A stretch of DNA of 64,000 nt, from assembly GCA_964514135.1 (NCBI GenBank), contig CAZEPL010000003.1, positions 6,549 through 70,548 of the forward strand. Reading direction: 5' to 3'. Under the pieces are notes generated by a model. That model was given only the letters and a program-made list of their open reading frames with translations. It did not search any database and had not been told where the DNA came from. Source of the DNA: an uncultured Spirochaetaceae bacterium. GTDB taxonomy: Bacteria > Spirochaetota > Spirochaetia > SZUA-6 > RPPD01. The position numbers were made by a program, and so were the translations under genes. Shown here piece by piece: positions 9,043-17,695 of the stretch (position 1 is its first letter; each line of letters begins with the position of its first letter).

Positions 9043-11293
9043 TTATTTACTTATACTGCCTGTTTATAACACATACGCCTGCGGCTGGGTGGATTTCACC
9101 ATGTACTATAACCTCTTTGATCCCACTCTCTTGCTGACAGATGAGTACTCTCCTCTCTTTTATACTACGCCGTTGTATTCCAACCATTGGATACACGGGA
9201 GTTCGGCGCAGGATGATAATGTGGCCGAGTGGGCGCGTTTTTTGCTAATTAACTCACCTGATAACAATATTCACGCCATGATATACGATACCACGCTTGA
9301 AGAGTTGGAAGCAGCCTATAACGGAAACTACAGAGGTAGTAATAAACTGCTTCATTATCTAATAAAAAACAATCGTAAAGAAGTCTTACACTATATACTT
9401 TTCGCAAAGCAATGCGAAAAATACTGCAACATACGTGATTACTGGGATGAAAAACCCAGTGACAACGGGGAAGTTGAACTTATTGAACTGGGGAAAACAG
9501 GAAGTACTGAAAGTAAATCTCGCTTTATCAGGCTGCGTTATGCTTTTCAGACCGTTAAGTTATTGCACCATTATGACAGGCTTAGGGAGTGTATTTTGCT
9601 TTATGACGAGGTTATTGCTCCATCCGGCGAAGACAGTATTATCAAATACTGGGCGCTGGATCACAAAGCCGGTGCACTGCTTAAGCTGAATAAAAGAGCA
9701 GAGGGCTTATATCTTTTCTCCAGGGTGTTCGCCGCATGTCCGAGTAGAAGATACAGCTCATTTTATAGCTTTGATGTGGCCACACAGCAAGAGTGGGAGC
9801 AGTGCCTTGCCTATTGTAAAAATAATGATGAAAAAGCCACCCTCTACTTTTTAAGGGCCATGGACCCCAGCAGCGTGGCACTGGAAGAGATTAAGAGCAT
9901 TTACCGGCTAAATCCGGCAGCGGAATATTTGAATTTATTAACCGTGCGGGAAATAAACAAACTGGAAAATGAGCTTCTAAAAGATGAGCTAAAAGATAAC
10001 TATATTATTATAAGAAAAAGCGGCGGAACTCATAACTATCACAAGCTCCTGAATTACCTTAAAGAACTGAAAGATTTCGTGAACATGGTTATCAAAGAAA
10101 AACCAATACAGCAAAAAGCGTTCTGGCAGATATGTTCTGCGTACCTTGATTTTTTGAGCTATAATCTGAAGACAGCTAGAAGTACACTGAACAGTATTTC
10201 AACCGTGAACAGCAGTTACAGGAGACAGATCAACATCATACACACGGCAATTGCCGCAAGCGGGCTTAACACCATAGATAAGAAAGCTGAAAATGAAATC
10301 ATGACGATGTTATTAAATGCCTACCCTGAAAATATTGCTAATCGTGAAATTACCCGATACGTGCTTGATTCAATGCGTGCTCTCTATACTAAAAAAAAGC
10401 CGTTCACATATTATTACACCGGTATATACGATTTACGCTGTAATCCCGACCAGGCGACCATACAGCAGTTGTTTGATCTGGCAAGCCAAACGCAGCATAC
10501 GCTTTTTGAAAAATTCCTCCTGCTAAGAATGAACGCCTATTTCAGCGGTGAATATGTATTTTCGGCAGAGGTGCTTATGAATAAAACGGATTACATGGAA
10601 CTGAAAAATTCACTGCTTGAGATGAAAGCTATGCTCCTGTTACTTGCTGATGAAATCCAGGAGGCTATTGCCATCTATGCTTCTTTACCCGAAAAAGTGA
10701 GGAGTGAACGCAGATTCATCGATCCGTTTACCACAAGTATACACGATATTATTTGGGATGATTATTATGACGGGAAATTGATATCAAGATTCGAGTTCGC
10801 CAAAAAACTGCTGGAATTAAAAACCAGTATAAAAAAGAATCCCCAAAACGCCCACGCCTATTACCTGCTGGGCAATGCCTATTACAACATAACCTATTTC
10901 GGGAAGTCCTGGGATCTGGTGGGTTATTTCAGAAGCGGGTCTTATTATTCGGGCTTCACCGATTGCTCCAGGGCTTTGAACTATTATAAAAAGGCCTTTG
11001 AGCTTTCCAAAGACAGGGAGCTGAAAGCGGAATGCTGTTTTTTAATGGCAAAGTGCCGACAGAACATGTTCGATCTGGAGTATAATACGGAAGATTATGG
11101 GTATGGATATGGGTCCGATAAATGGAAAAGGTATATACGTGAAAATGAATATTGGAAAGCCGAAGAATTAAAACACGATAAAGGATACAGGGAATATTTT
11201 AAGATATTAAAAGGCGCCTATAGCGATACTGATTATTACAGAAAAGTAATAAAAGGGTGCAAGTATTTTAAGTTTTATGCGTCGCGTTTTTAA
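9005..11293 (+). CDS. Large hypothetical secreted protein with a TPR-like C-terminal region
   Basis: The ORF is 762 aa with an N-terminal signal sequence. Tyr-rich helical repeats near the C-terminus include AHAYYLLGNAYYNITYFG. It overlaps, and is probably co-transcribed with, the upstream lipoprotein gene. Confidence 0.5.
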   Translation: MKNWKVLSIVFISYLLILPVYNTYACGWVDFTMYYNLFDPTLLLTDEYSPLFYTTPLYSNHWIHGSSAQDDNVAEWARFLLINSPDNNIHAMIYDTTLEELEAAYNGNYRGSNKLLHYLIKNNRKEVLHYILFAKQCEKYCNIRDYWDEKPSDNGEVELIELGKTGSTESKSRFIRLRYAFQTVKLLHHYDRLRECILLYDEVIAPSGEDSIIKYWALDHKAGALLKLNKRAEGLYLFSRVFAACPSRRYSSFYSFDVATQQEWEQCLAYCKNNDEKATLYFLRAMDPSSVALEEIKSIYRLNPAAEYLNLLTVREINKLENELLKDELKDNYIIIRKSGGTHNYHKLLNYLKELKDFVNMVIKEKPIQQKAFWQICSAYLDFLSYNLKTARSTLNSISTVNSSYRRQINIIHTAIAASGLNTIDKKAENEIMTMLLNAYPENIANREITRYVLDSMRALYTKKKPFTYYYTGIYDLRCNPDQATIQQLFDLASQTQHTLFEKFLLLRMNAYFSGEYVFSAEVLMNKTDYMELKNSLLEMKAMLLLLADEIQEAIAIYASLPEKVRSERRFIDPFTTSIHDIIWDDYYDGKLISRFEFAKKLLELKTSIKKNPQNAHAYYLLGNAYYNITYFGKSWDLVGYFRSGSYYSGFTDCSRALNYYKKAFELSKDRELKAECCFLMAKCRQNMFDLEYNTEDYGYGYGSDKWKRYIRENEYWKAEELKHDKGYREYFKILKGAYSDTDYYRKVIKGCKYFKFYASRF

Positions 11294-11322
11294 GGATGTG
11301 ATAGCATTAACTTCATTTCAAT

Positions 11323-11781
11323 TTAATACATCATATTGATTACAATATGCTGCTCTAATTCCGAAACCACAATTGAGGCATCTTTAAAGGAGGGGGCACT
11401 CATAAAGCCCATGGCGTCATTGGAAAAACCATATCCTTCGAGTGGTATTCCAAAAAGGCCTTTGTCCATAGAGCCGTTGCTGTTTTCATCATGTAATAAA
11501 CACACGGCATAGGTGCCTGACTGGGCAAGATTAAAAACAGCCTGCGCTTTTCCATTCTTGATGGAGACTGCCGCTTTATCAATGGCTTTTTCGGCGTCTT
11601 CCGGGAAACCCGCTTCGCTGTTATACAGGGCAAGCAATACTTTTCCCTTGTCATTTCGCAGCCCCTTTATGGTTACATGCAGAGTGCTTGCTTCCTGCTC
11701 AGCCCAAAGCGTAACTAAAAAACATATGGTTATCAGTAAAATTATTATTCGTTTCACTATTACTCCTATCAGCGGTTTCAT
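11323..11781 (-). CDS. DUF2141 family protein (copy A)
   Basis: A signal peptide is followed by LHVTIKGLRNDKGKVLLALYNSEAGFPED...GIPLEGYGFSN, which is the DUF2141 signature. Confidence 0.7.
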   Translation of the reverse strand: MKPLIGVIVKRIIILLITICFLVTLWAEQEASTLHVTIKGLRNDKGKVLLALYNSEAGFPEDAEKAIDKAAVSIKNGKAQAVFNLAQSGTYAVCLLHDENSNGSMDKGLFGIPLEGYGFSNDAMGFMSAPSFKDASIVVSELEQHIVINMMY

Positions 11782-12160
11782 TTATTATTAAACACCGCTC
11801 TCTTTCTAAAATGTCACCTGTGCTCTTTTTTTTATTATACTTCATAATTATAACACTAGTTTACTTTGAATTCTTTCTTATCTTTACAGCACAGTATCTG
11901 AATAAGATCTCTGCTGCACTTGGTAACCGCCGGTACTGCTCCGCCGGGCTGCACCCATTGGCCGGTCATATAAAAACCTTTTAGCCCCGGCAGGGTCCTC
12001 TCATACTGCTTGCCGAAGTTTTCCGGTGTAAACAACCAACCCTCAAATGATCCCTGCCGGTTACCTGTATACTTATAGGTGGTCATGGGAGTTGCGATAT
12101 CTACCACTTCAATTTTAGCTTTAATCCCCGGATAACGCGTTTCCAGATAATCCACAATAT
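11323..12160 (-). repeat. Direct repeat copy A (~830 bp; DUF2141 gene plus oxidoreductase 3' fragment)
   Basis: This segment aligns base-for-base with 14789-15540 at roughly 90% identity by eye. Confidence 0.8.
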
Positions 12161-12700
12161 CTCTTTTTATACTCTCTTTTTCCTTATTATACGCAATGCG
12201 GTTTTTTGATAATTTTTACCAAAAAGAAAATGAAGTCGGGAATAACACAGTAACTAAACTCTTGCTACCGGTTTGTAAAGAAGCATAAAAAGCATAGTTC
12301 TTTACCCACAATCCATCAACATTAAAACTGCCGATTTTAATTGACTTAACAAGGAGGTGAATATCCGTATGCGTAACGGCCTTATATTCAGATCTCAGCC
12401 CCAAAGAAATCATCATCAAGGATCACCACAACTTTGCATTTTTGTAACGCTTGTTTATTTTTTTATTTATAAACTTCCCATCCAGCATATTATAAATAGT
12501 TGCATAACCGTCCGCAGCGCTTATTATAAGGTCCGCATGAGCCTGTATTCCGTTCTCCAGCTCAATTCCCACTGCCCGCCTTTTCTTGAGTAATATCTTA
12601 TTTACTTTACAGTTATAGTTAATTTTTGCTCCCATAGCTTTACATTTCGACTCTAATACCCTGGCAAGAAGTCTCGCCCAAGCCTTGCGGCTTGCCCGTT
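11856..12700 (-). pseudogene. Decayed phytoene-desaturase-family (CrtI-like) FAD oxidoreductase
   Basis: Three consecutive minus-strand ORF pieces are frameshifted: 12423-12700 (AMGAKINYNCKVNKILLKKRRAVGIELENG...ADLIISAADG), 12216-12419 and 11856-12155 (C-terminal YTGN...PGGAVP). The N-terminal Rossmann part is missing. Confidence 0.55.
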
Positions 12701-13016
12701 GTGTCACTATAACGGATTCACCCCCTGCTTCCGCCTGAGCGCGCGCGGCGCTACCGCCCCATCCGTACCACTTCTCCGCAGCTCTCAACTTGAGTGCCGG
12801 ACGCTTCTTCCACGTGCAGCGGCTTCTTGAGGAATAGACGCCATACCGCCGCACCACGTGCTTGCCCTTTGGCGGAATATGCAGCGTAAGCTGCGCGATG
12901 AAATCCAAGCCGTAAAAGTACCTGTCCTCGCCCCGAAGAAGTAGCAAATCACTTTTAAAGGATACCGTAAAACTGTCAAGGGCAAAAAATGAGGGTGAAG
13001 CTTTAAGGCAAATCAC
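12700..13016 (-). mobile_element. IS91-family transposase C-terminal remnant fused in-frame to the oxidoreductase fragment
   Basis: HIPPKGKHVVRRYGVYSSRSRC matches the IS91 C-terminal motif (HVLPKGFHRIRHYG). The DNA is locally GC-rich, around 60%, against an AT-rich background. Confidence 0.55.
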
Positions 13017-13063
13017 GAACTATTAACTGTGCGATAAAAGCACTAATTTTATTTTTTAGAAGT

Positions 13064-14698
13064 TTAAAATAATTTTCTATTTAATTTTTCCGCTATGGTT
13101 TTTCCTGTTAAGAATGCATTCGGCATACCTCCGCCGTATACAGTCTGATGACCTATGAAATAAAGACTTTTTATTTTATCATAATAATCAAAATATTTAC
13201 CAGGTAAAGTACCTTTTACAAAAGTTTTTTCTTTGTCCCATGTGAATCCGCAAGACGAACCGTCTGTATTCCCTGTATATTTTTCAATTGTAAATGGAGT
13301 GCCTAATTCGCATACTTCTATCTTTGATCTATTTTTGATTTCCGGAATTAATTTTTCCAGCACATCTAAAACTTGTTTTGTTATCATTTTTTTTATTTTT
13401 TCATACTCTTCGGTTTTATTTCCATTTTTAATTCCCCAGTTGTTATTCCAACCTTTTGGAGGAGAAGGCATTAGGATTAAAATATTGCTTTTATTTTCTG
13501 GAGCATGCCCGGGATTAATAAGGCATGAAGAAAACAATCCTAAACCTATATTTTTAAAATAATTTTTATCATTCAGCCTACTGGAATTTTTTATCATATA
13601 TTGAGAATAATATAAATGCTTGGCACCGTTAAAATATTTTCTAATTTTAATTCTTGAAACATTTAATCCTAAGTATAACGGAATATATGTTTCAGACATT
13701 TCCTGATTTTTTATTTTATCTAAAAATACTTCATCAATATATTCATCTCCTATAAGATTTAAAAAAACTTTTTTTAAATCCATAGCAGTTATTATATTTT
13801 TACCGTACAATTTTTTTATATTTGCTTTCTTAATTAATTCAACTCCAACAGCTTTATCATTTTCAATAATAATTTTTTTAACTTTCACAGAAGTTAATAA
13901 TTCTCCGCCAAAAGATAAATATTTTTCCTTCAATTTATTTGCTAATCCCTGGAATCCATTATATGGGTAATTTTCCATTTCAATTAAGCTTACCCATTCT
14001 GCAATAAAATAAAATAGATCAACGCCCTTATACCCCCAGTTTGAAAAAAAATCATAAGCTTCTCCATTTTCGTCCAGGTATTTTTTTAATACATCGACTG
14101 CTTTATATTTCTTGAGTTCCTTCATGACTTTCATACAGTTTTTCGGCATGATTTTTCCATAATCCATGAATTTCCTTATTTTTTTTAAACCTTTATATGA
14201 AAAAGGATTGGGGATTTTTGAAATCGCTGAATAAACATTTATTCCTTCTTCTATATGCTTATAAAAAGCAAGTATCTGATTTTTTTCTCTAACAAATAAA
14301 TCCGAAATATCTTCAAAGAATTCTTTTACAGTTCGTGGAGAAAAGTTAAAATCCTTAAAACTGAATGAACTCGAGTATTGCTTAAAATTAACTTCAGCAA
14401 TTAAATCCAATTCTTCCATAAAACCCTGGATAAAAGGAACCCCGACACTTATGACTCCGGAATCAAAAAAATAACCTTTCCTGGTGAACCCGCTTGCATG
14501 ACCACCTACTACATTGTGTTGTTCTAATATTATTACTTTTTTCTTTTTTTTAGCTAGAATGATAGCAGCGGTCAGTCCGCTTATCCCTCCGCCAATAATT
14601 AATGCTTCATATGACATATTTATCTCCTTTATAATAATTAAGATAGTTCCAGAATCACTTAGCTGTGTGATTCTTCCAAATAAACAATGCTCAATCAA
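13064..14698 (-). CDS. NAD(P)/FAD-dependent oxidoreductase, phytoene desaturase (CrtI/CrtD)-like family
   Basis: The N-terminal Rossmann motif is IIGGGISGLTAAIIL...ILEQHNVVGGHA. The C-terminus resembles the CrtI family. The DNA is very AT-rich. Confidence 0.75.
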   Translation of the reverse strand: MIEHCLFGRITQLSDSGTILIIIKEINMSYEALIIGGGISGLTAAIILAKKKKKVIILEQHNVVGGHASGFTRKGYFFDSGVISVGVPFIQGFMEELDLIAEVNFKQYSSSFSFKDFNFSPRTVKEFFEDISDLFVREKNQILAFYKHIEEGINVYSAISKIPNPFSYKGLKKIRKFMDYGKIMPKNCMKVMKELKKYKAVDVLKKYLDENGEAYDFFSNWGYKGVDLFYFIAEWVSLIEMENYPYNGFQGLANKLKEKYLSFGGELLTSVKVKKIIIENDKAVGVELIKKANIKKLYGKNIITAMDLKKVFLNLIGDEYIDEVFLDKIKNQEMSETYIPLYLGLNVSRIKIRKYFNGAKHLYYSQYMIKNSSRLNDKNYFKNIGLGLFSSCLINPGHAPENKSNILILMPSPPKGWNNNWGIKNGNKTEEYEKIKKMITKQVLDVLEKLIPEIKNRSKIEVCELGTPFTIEKYTGNTDGSSCGFTWDKEKTFVKGTLPGKYFDYYDKIKSLYFIGHQTVYGGGMPNAFLTGKTIAEKLNRKLF

Positions 14699-14788
14699 TA
14701 TTTTAACATTTTTATATAATGCATTATATGCTCAACACCTTTTTTATATACACCCGCATCTTAAGAGAGCGTGTTTAAAAATATTTTT

Positions 14789-15247
14789 TCAATATACTAT
14801 ATTAATTGTGATATAATAATCTGATCCTATAACCTCTATCGAGGCATCTTTAAAGGGGGGGGCGCTCATAAATCCTTTGGCATCATTAGAGAACCCATAC
14901 CCTTCCAGTGGAATACCAAAAAGGCCTTTATCCATGGAGCCGTTATTGTTTTCATCGTGTACTAAACACACCGCATAGGTACTGGAATGGTCAAGATTAA
15001 AAACAGCCTGCGCTTTGCCATTCTTGATGGACACTACCGCCGTATCAACGGCTTTTTCGGCGTCTTCCGGGAAACCCGCTTCACTGTTATACAGGGCAAG
15101 CAGTACTTTTCCCTTATCATTTCGCAGCCCCTCTATGGCTACATGTAGAGTGCATTCTTGTTTCTCAGCCCAAAGCGAGACTAAAAAACATATGGTTATC
15201 AGTAAAATTATTATTCGTTTCATTATTACTCCTTTTTGCGGTTTCAT
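14789..15247 (-). CDS. DUF2141 family protein (copy B, paralog)
   Basis: It is about 85% identical to copy A at protein level by eye. A C8/G8 homopolymer lies in the codons for APPF. Confidence 0.7.
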   Translation of the reverse strand: MKPQKGVIMKRIIILLITICFLVSLWAEKQECTLHVAIEGLRNDKGKVLLALYNSEAGFPEDAEKAVDTAVVSIKNGKAQAVFNLDHSSTYAVCLVHDENNNGSMDKGLFGIPLEGYGFSNDAKGFMSAPPFKDASIEVIGSDYYITINIVY

Positions 15248-15360
15248 TTATAAATAAAGCACCGCCTTATTTTCTAAAATGTCACCCGTTTTAATTTTTT
15301 TTATTATCCCTCATAATCATAATACTATTTTATTCTGAATTCTTTTTTATCTTTATGGCA

Positions 15361-15540
15361 CAGTAATTGAATAAGATCTCTGCTGCACTTGGCAACCGCC
15401 GGCACACCTCCCCCCGGCTGCACCCACTGTCCGGTCATATAAAAATCTTTTAGTCCCGGCAATCTTTTTTCATACTGCTTACCAAAGTTTTCCGGTGTAA
15501 ACAGCCAGCCCTCAAACGATCCCTGCCGGTTCTTTTATTA
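15361..15540 (-). pseudogene. CrtI-like oxidoreductase C-terminal remnant (second copy)
   Basis: The DNA is near-identical to 11880-12060 and encodes the ...PGGVPAVA...ILFNYCAIK-like C-terminal end. It is truncated upstream. Confidence 0.5.
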
Positions 15541-15544
15541 ATAA

Positions 15545-17344
15545 TTAATCTATTATACATATATCTGGTATTTTTTTTTCAATAAAGAATTTATAATTCG
15601 ATTGCGGATAGCCTAAGGCAAGAGCACCATGCACTTTATATTTTTTTTGAATCTGTAATAATTTTCGTAGCTTCTGTGATCTCTGGATTGCCGTTACAAT
15701 ATAGCCAGCATAACAAGTTCCAATACCCAGTGAGTGGGCAGCAAGCATGGCATTGGAAAGAGCAAGTTGCGCGTTTATTTCCGGAAGTCGAAGAGTTGGC
15801 CCGGAATAAAAAAGCAACAAACATCTGGCATTGTGCAGGAATGGATCACTGTGGTTGTTAAAATTAGATATAATAATTTCTAGTTCTTTTATAATCTTAC
15901 GCATCTCATTACCATATAAAAATACTGCAAAAAATTTATTTATTGGATTTTTTAATCCGGTATATAATTTTTTATAGTATGAAAAGATATTTTCTTTAAT
16001 GGCATTTAATACTTCGGGTTTTTGTATAACTATGTATTTTGTACTCTGTATATTATGTGCGCTGGGAGCAAGTTGAGCAGCACTGATTATATTATTAATA
16101 TCATTCTCTGAAAGGCTTTCTCCATTAAAACTACGAATAGATCGTCTGCTTTTTAAGAACTCAATAAAAATCTTGTATGAAAATAATACATTATTATGAA
16201 TAGGATGCATTTTCTTTTCTTTAAAAAAACTGTGGCTGATAGCATTTTTTGAGCAGAGAATCACGCAATGTCCACAGGAAATACATAGGTCTGTGTTTTT
16301 TAAAGAGGGTACTATACTATCATTATGTTTTTGAAAAACAGAAGCAGGACAATTGTTAAGGCAATTCATACAGGAATTACAGAGGTTTAGATTAATGGTA
16401 ATGGATAGATCATTCCTTGACTTTTTATACTTCGACTTCAGGGCCTGTAAGGAGGTATACTTTGGTTTAAAACCAAAATCTCTTTTTAATTTCTCATTGG
16501 AAGCAGTCCATCGATATTGCCAGTAGGAAAAGGATGAAACCGGAGTCTTGAATAAATTTAGCTTATAGAACAAATCACAGATTTTCATTAAAAAAGGAGT
16601 GAGTTTACTCCATTTGACTCTTCCTCCCGCAACTTGAGCCGCTTCACTTAAGTTTATCACATCATCAGGAACAAGGTTAAAAACACCTTTTATCTTATTC
16701 TTTTTTACGGCTGTATAATAGCACTCTATCATATCCTCTTCATGAAGAAACTGGTAAGCAGGATCAAATCCCTCAAACAGATAAACATTTTTCTTTTCTA
16801 AAACCCTTGAATAGTCCATGTCTACTTCCGGTCCATATAACTCACACATTCTAAAGATAATATAATCCATCTCAGGGTGAGATCTGAAAAAGGAAAGACA
16901 CAATTTCTCTACCTCAACTTTATCATGATAATAATAGTACTCTGGATTGCCCCTGTAAGGAGAGCTTTCCTTTAGAAAAAGTGGGTTATCAGGATTTGCC
17001 CCATACACAACAGTGCTGCTTGGAATAATTATCTTTTTAATTCCTGTATGTGACGAGGCATTTAAAATATTCTTTGTTCCTTCCACATTGATACTATAAG
17101 CCAATTTTTTATTCTTAAACGGCGGCATTAAAAAAGCCAGGTGAATAATTGTTTCAATATTCTCTTCTTTCAAAATTTCTTTAATCTTAAGGTTTCTAAC
17201 ATCAAATTGATAGAATTGATGGCCTAAAGGAAGAAGGACCTTTTTCATATCTATCCCTGTTATCTTTATATCAGGATCCTGTAATAATCGTGATAATAGC
17301 TTTTGGCCCATATACCCTGAAATACCCGTAATGGCCACATTCAT
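15545..17344 (-). CDS. Three-domain fusion: NAD-dependent epimerase/dehydratase-like + 2x[4Fe-4S] ferredoxin + nitroreductase
   Basis: The N-terminal Rossmann motif is VAITGISGYMGQ. The middle region has CNSCMNCLNNCP...CISCGHCVILC. The C-terminal nitroreductase-like region is RRSIRSF...APSAHNIQ. An AGGAGG RBS is present. Confidence 0.65.
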   Translation of the reverse strand: MNVAITGISGYMGQKLLSRLLQDPDIKITGIDMKKVLLPLGHQFYQFDVRNLKIKEILKEENIETIIHLAFLMPPFKNKKLAYSINVEGTKNILNASSHTGIKKIIIPSSTVVYGANPDNPLFLKESSPYRGNPEYYYYHDKVEVEKLCLSFFRSHPEMDYIIFRMCELYGPEVDMDYSRVLEKKNVYLFEGFDPAYQFLHEEDMIECYYTAVKKNKIKGVFNLVPDDVINLSEAAQVAGGRVKWSKLTPFLMKICDLFYKLNLFKTPVSSFSYWQYRWTASNEKLKRDFGFKPKYTSLQALKSKYKKSRNDLSITINLNLCNSCMNCLNNCPASVFQKHNDSIVPSLKNTDLCISCGHCVILCSKNAISHSFFKEKKMHPIHNNVLFSYKIFIEFLKSRRSIRSFNGESLSENDINNIISAAQLAPSAHNIQSTKYIVIQKPEVLNAIKENIFSYYKKLYTGLKNPINKFFAVFLYGNEMRKIIKELEIIISNFNNHSDPFLHNARCLLLFYSGPTLRLPEINAQLALSNAMLAAHSLGIGTCYAGYIVTAIQRSQKLRKLLQIQKKYKVHGALALGYPQSNYKFFIEKKIPDICIID

Positions 17345-17463
17345 ATAGATTCCTCCTTTTTGTGGAATAAAAACTGTTCTACATAACAGTTCTTTTGCGC
17401 ATAATAGGCGGCGGTTAATCCCGCAATACCTGCTCCGATTATGATAATCTTCTTTTCTTTCAC
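17341..17463 (-). pseudogene. Mini-ORF encoding only an FAD-binding Rossmann N-terminus (VKEKKIIIIGAGIAGLTAAYYA...), with its stop overlapping the start of the 599-aa gene (ATGA)
   Basis: I translated the minus strand by hand. A GTG start is followed by 38 codons. The GxGxxG fold N-terminus has no remaining body. This is either a gene remnant or a leader ORF. Confidence 0.4.
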
Positions 17464-17695
17464 AGCAGCCCCTCTCCTTATCAATAGTTTTGCTTTTTCA
17501 GCCGCATGCACTCTTTACACTTATCACATTATTACCCGGCGCATTTTGGCGGAATAGATTATTCATATTGAAATATAGTGTTAAAACTGCGCAATGTCGT
17601 CTTAAATATTATTTGAGACTTATTTTTTTGTTTATAAAAAAAAGATTTTAATTATTAATCATTATCCGGCTGCTGCTCTCTGGGGCTTAGTCGTT

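Larger units (their letters stand above)
14789..15540 (-). repeat. Direct repeat copy B
   Basis: This segment aligns with 11323-12160 and ends abruptly at about 15540. Confidence 0.8.

Noticed and set aside
12216-12419. Treating the 67-aa and 99-aa minus-strand ORFs as independent small genes
   Set aside because: Their translations continue the CrtI-like oxidoreductase sequence in order, so they are pieces of the pseudogene.
15545-17344. Reading the 4Fe-4S + nitroreductase portion as an F420-dependent hydrogenase/dehydrogenase beta-subunit
   Set aside because: The N-terminal domain is a classic NAD epimerase Rossmann fold. Nothing else supports F420 chemistry.
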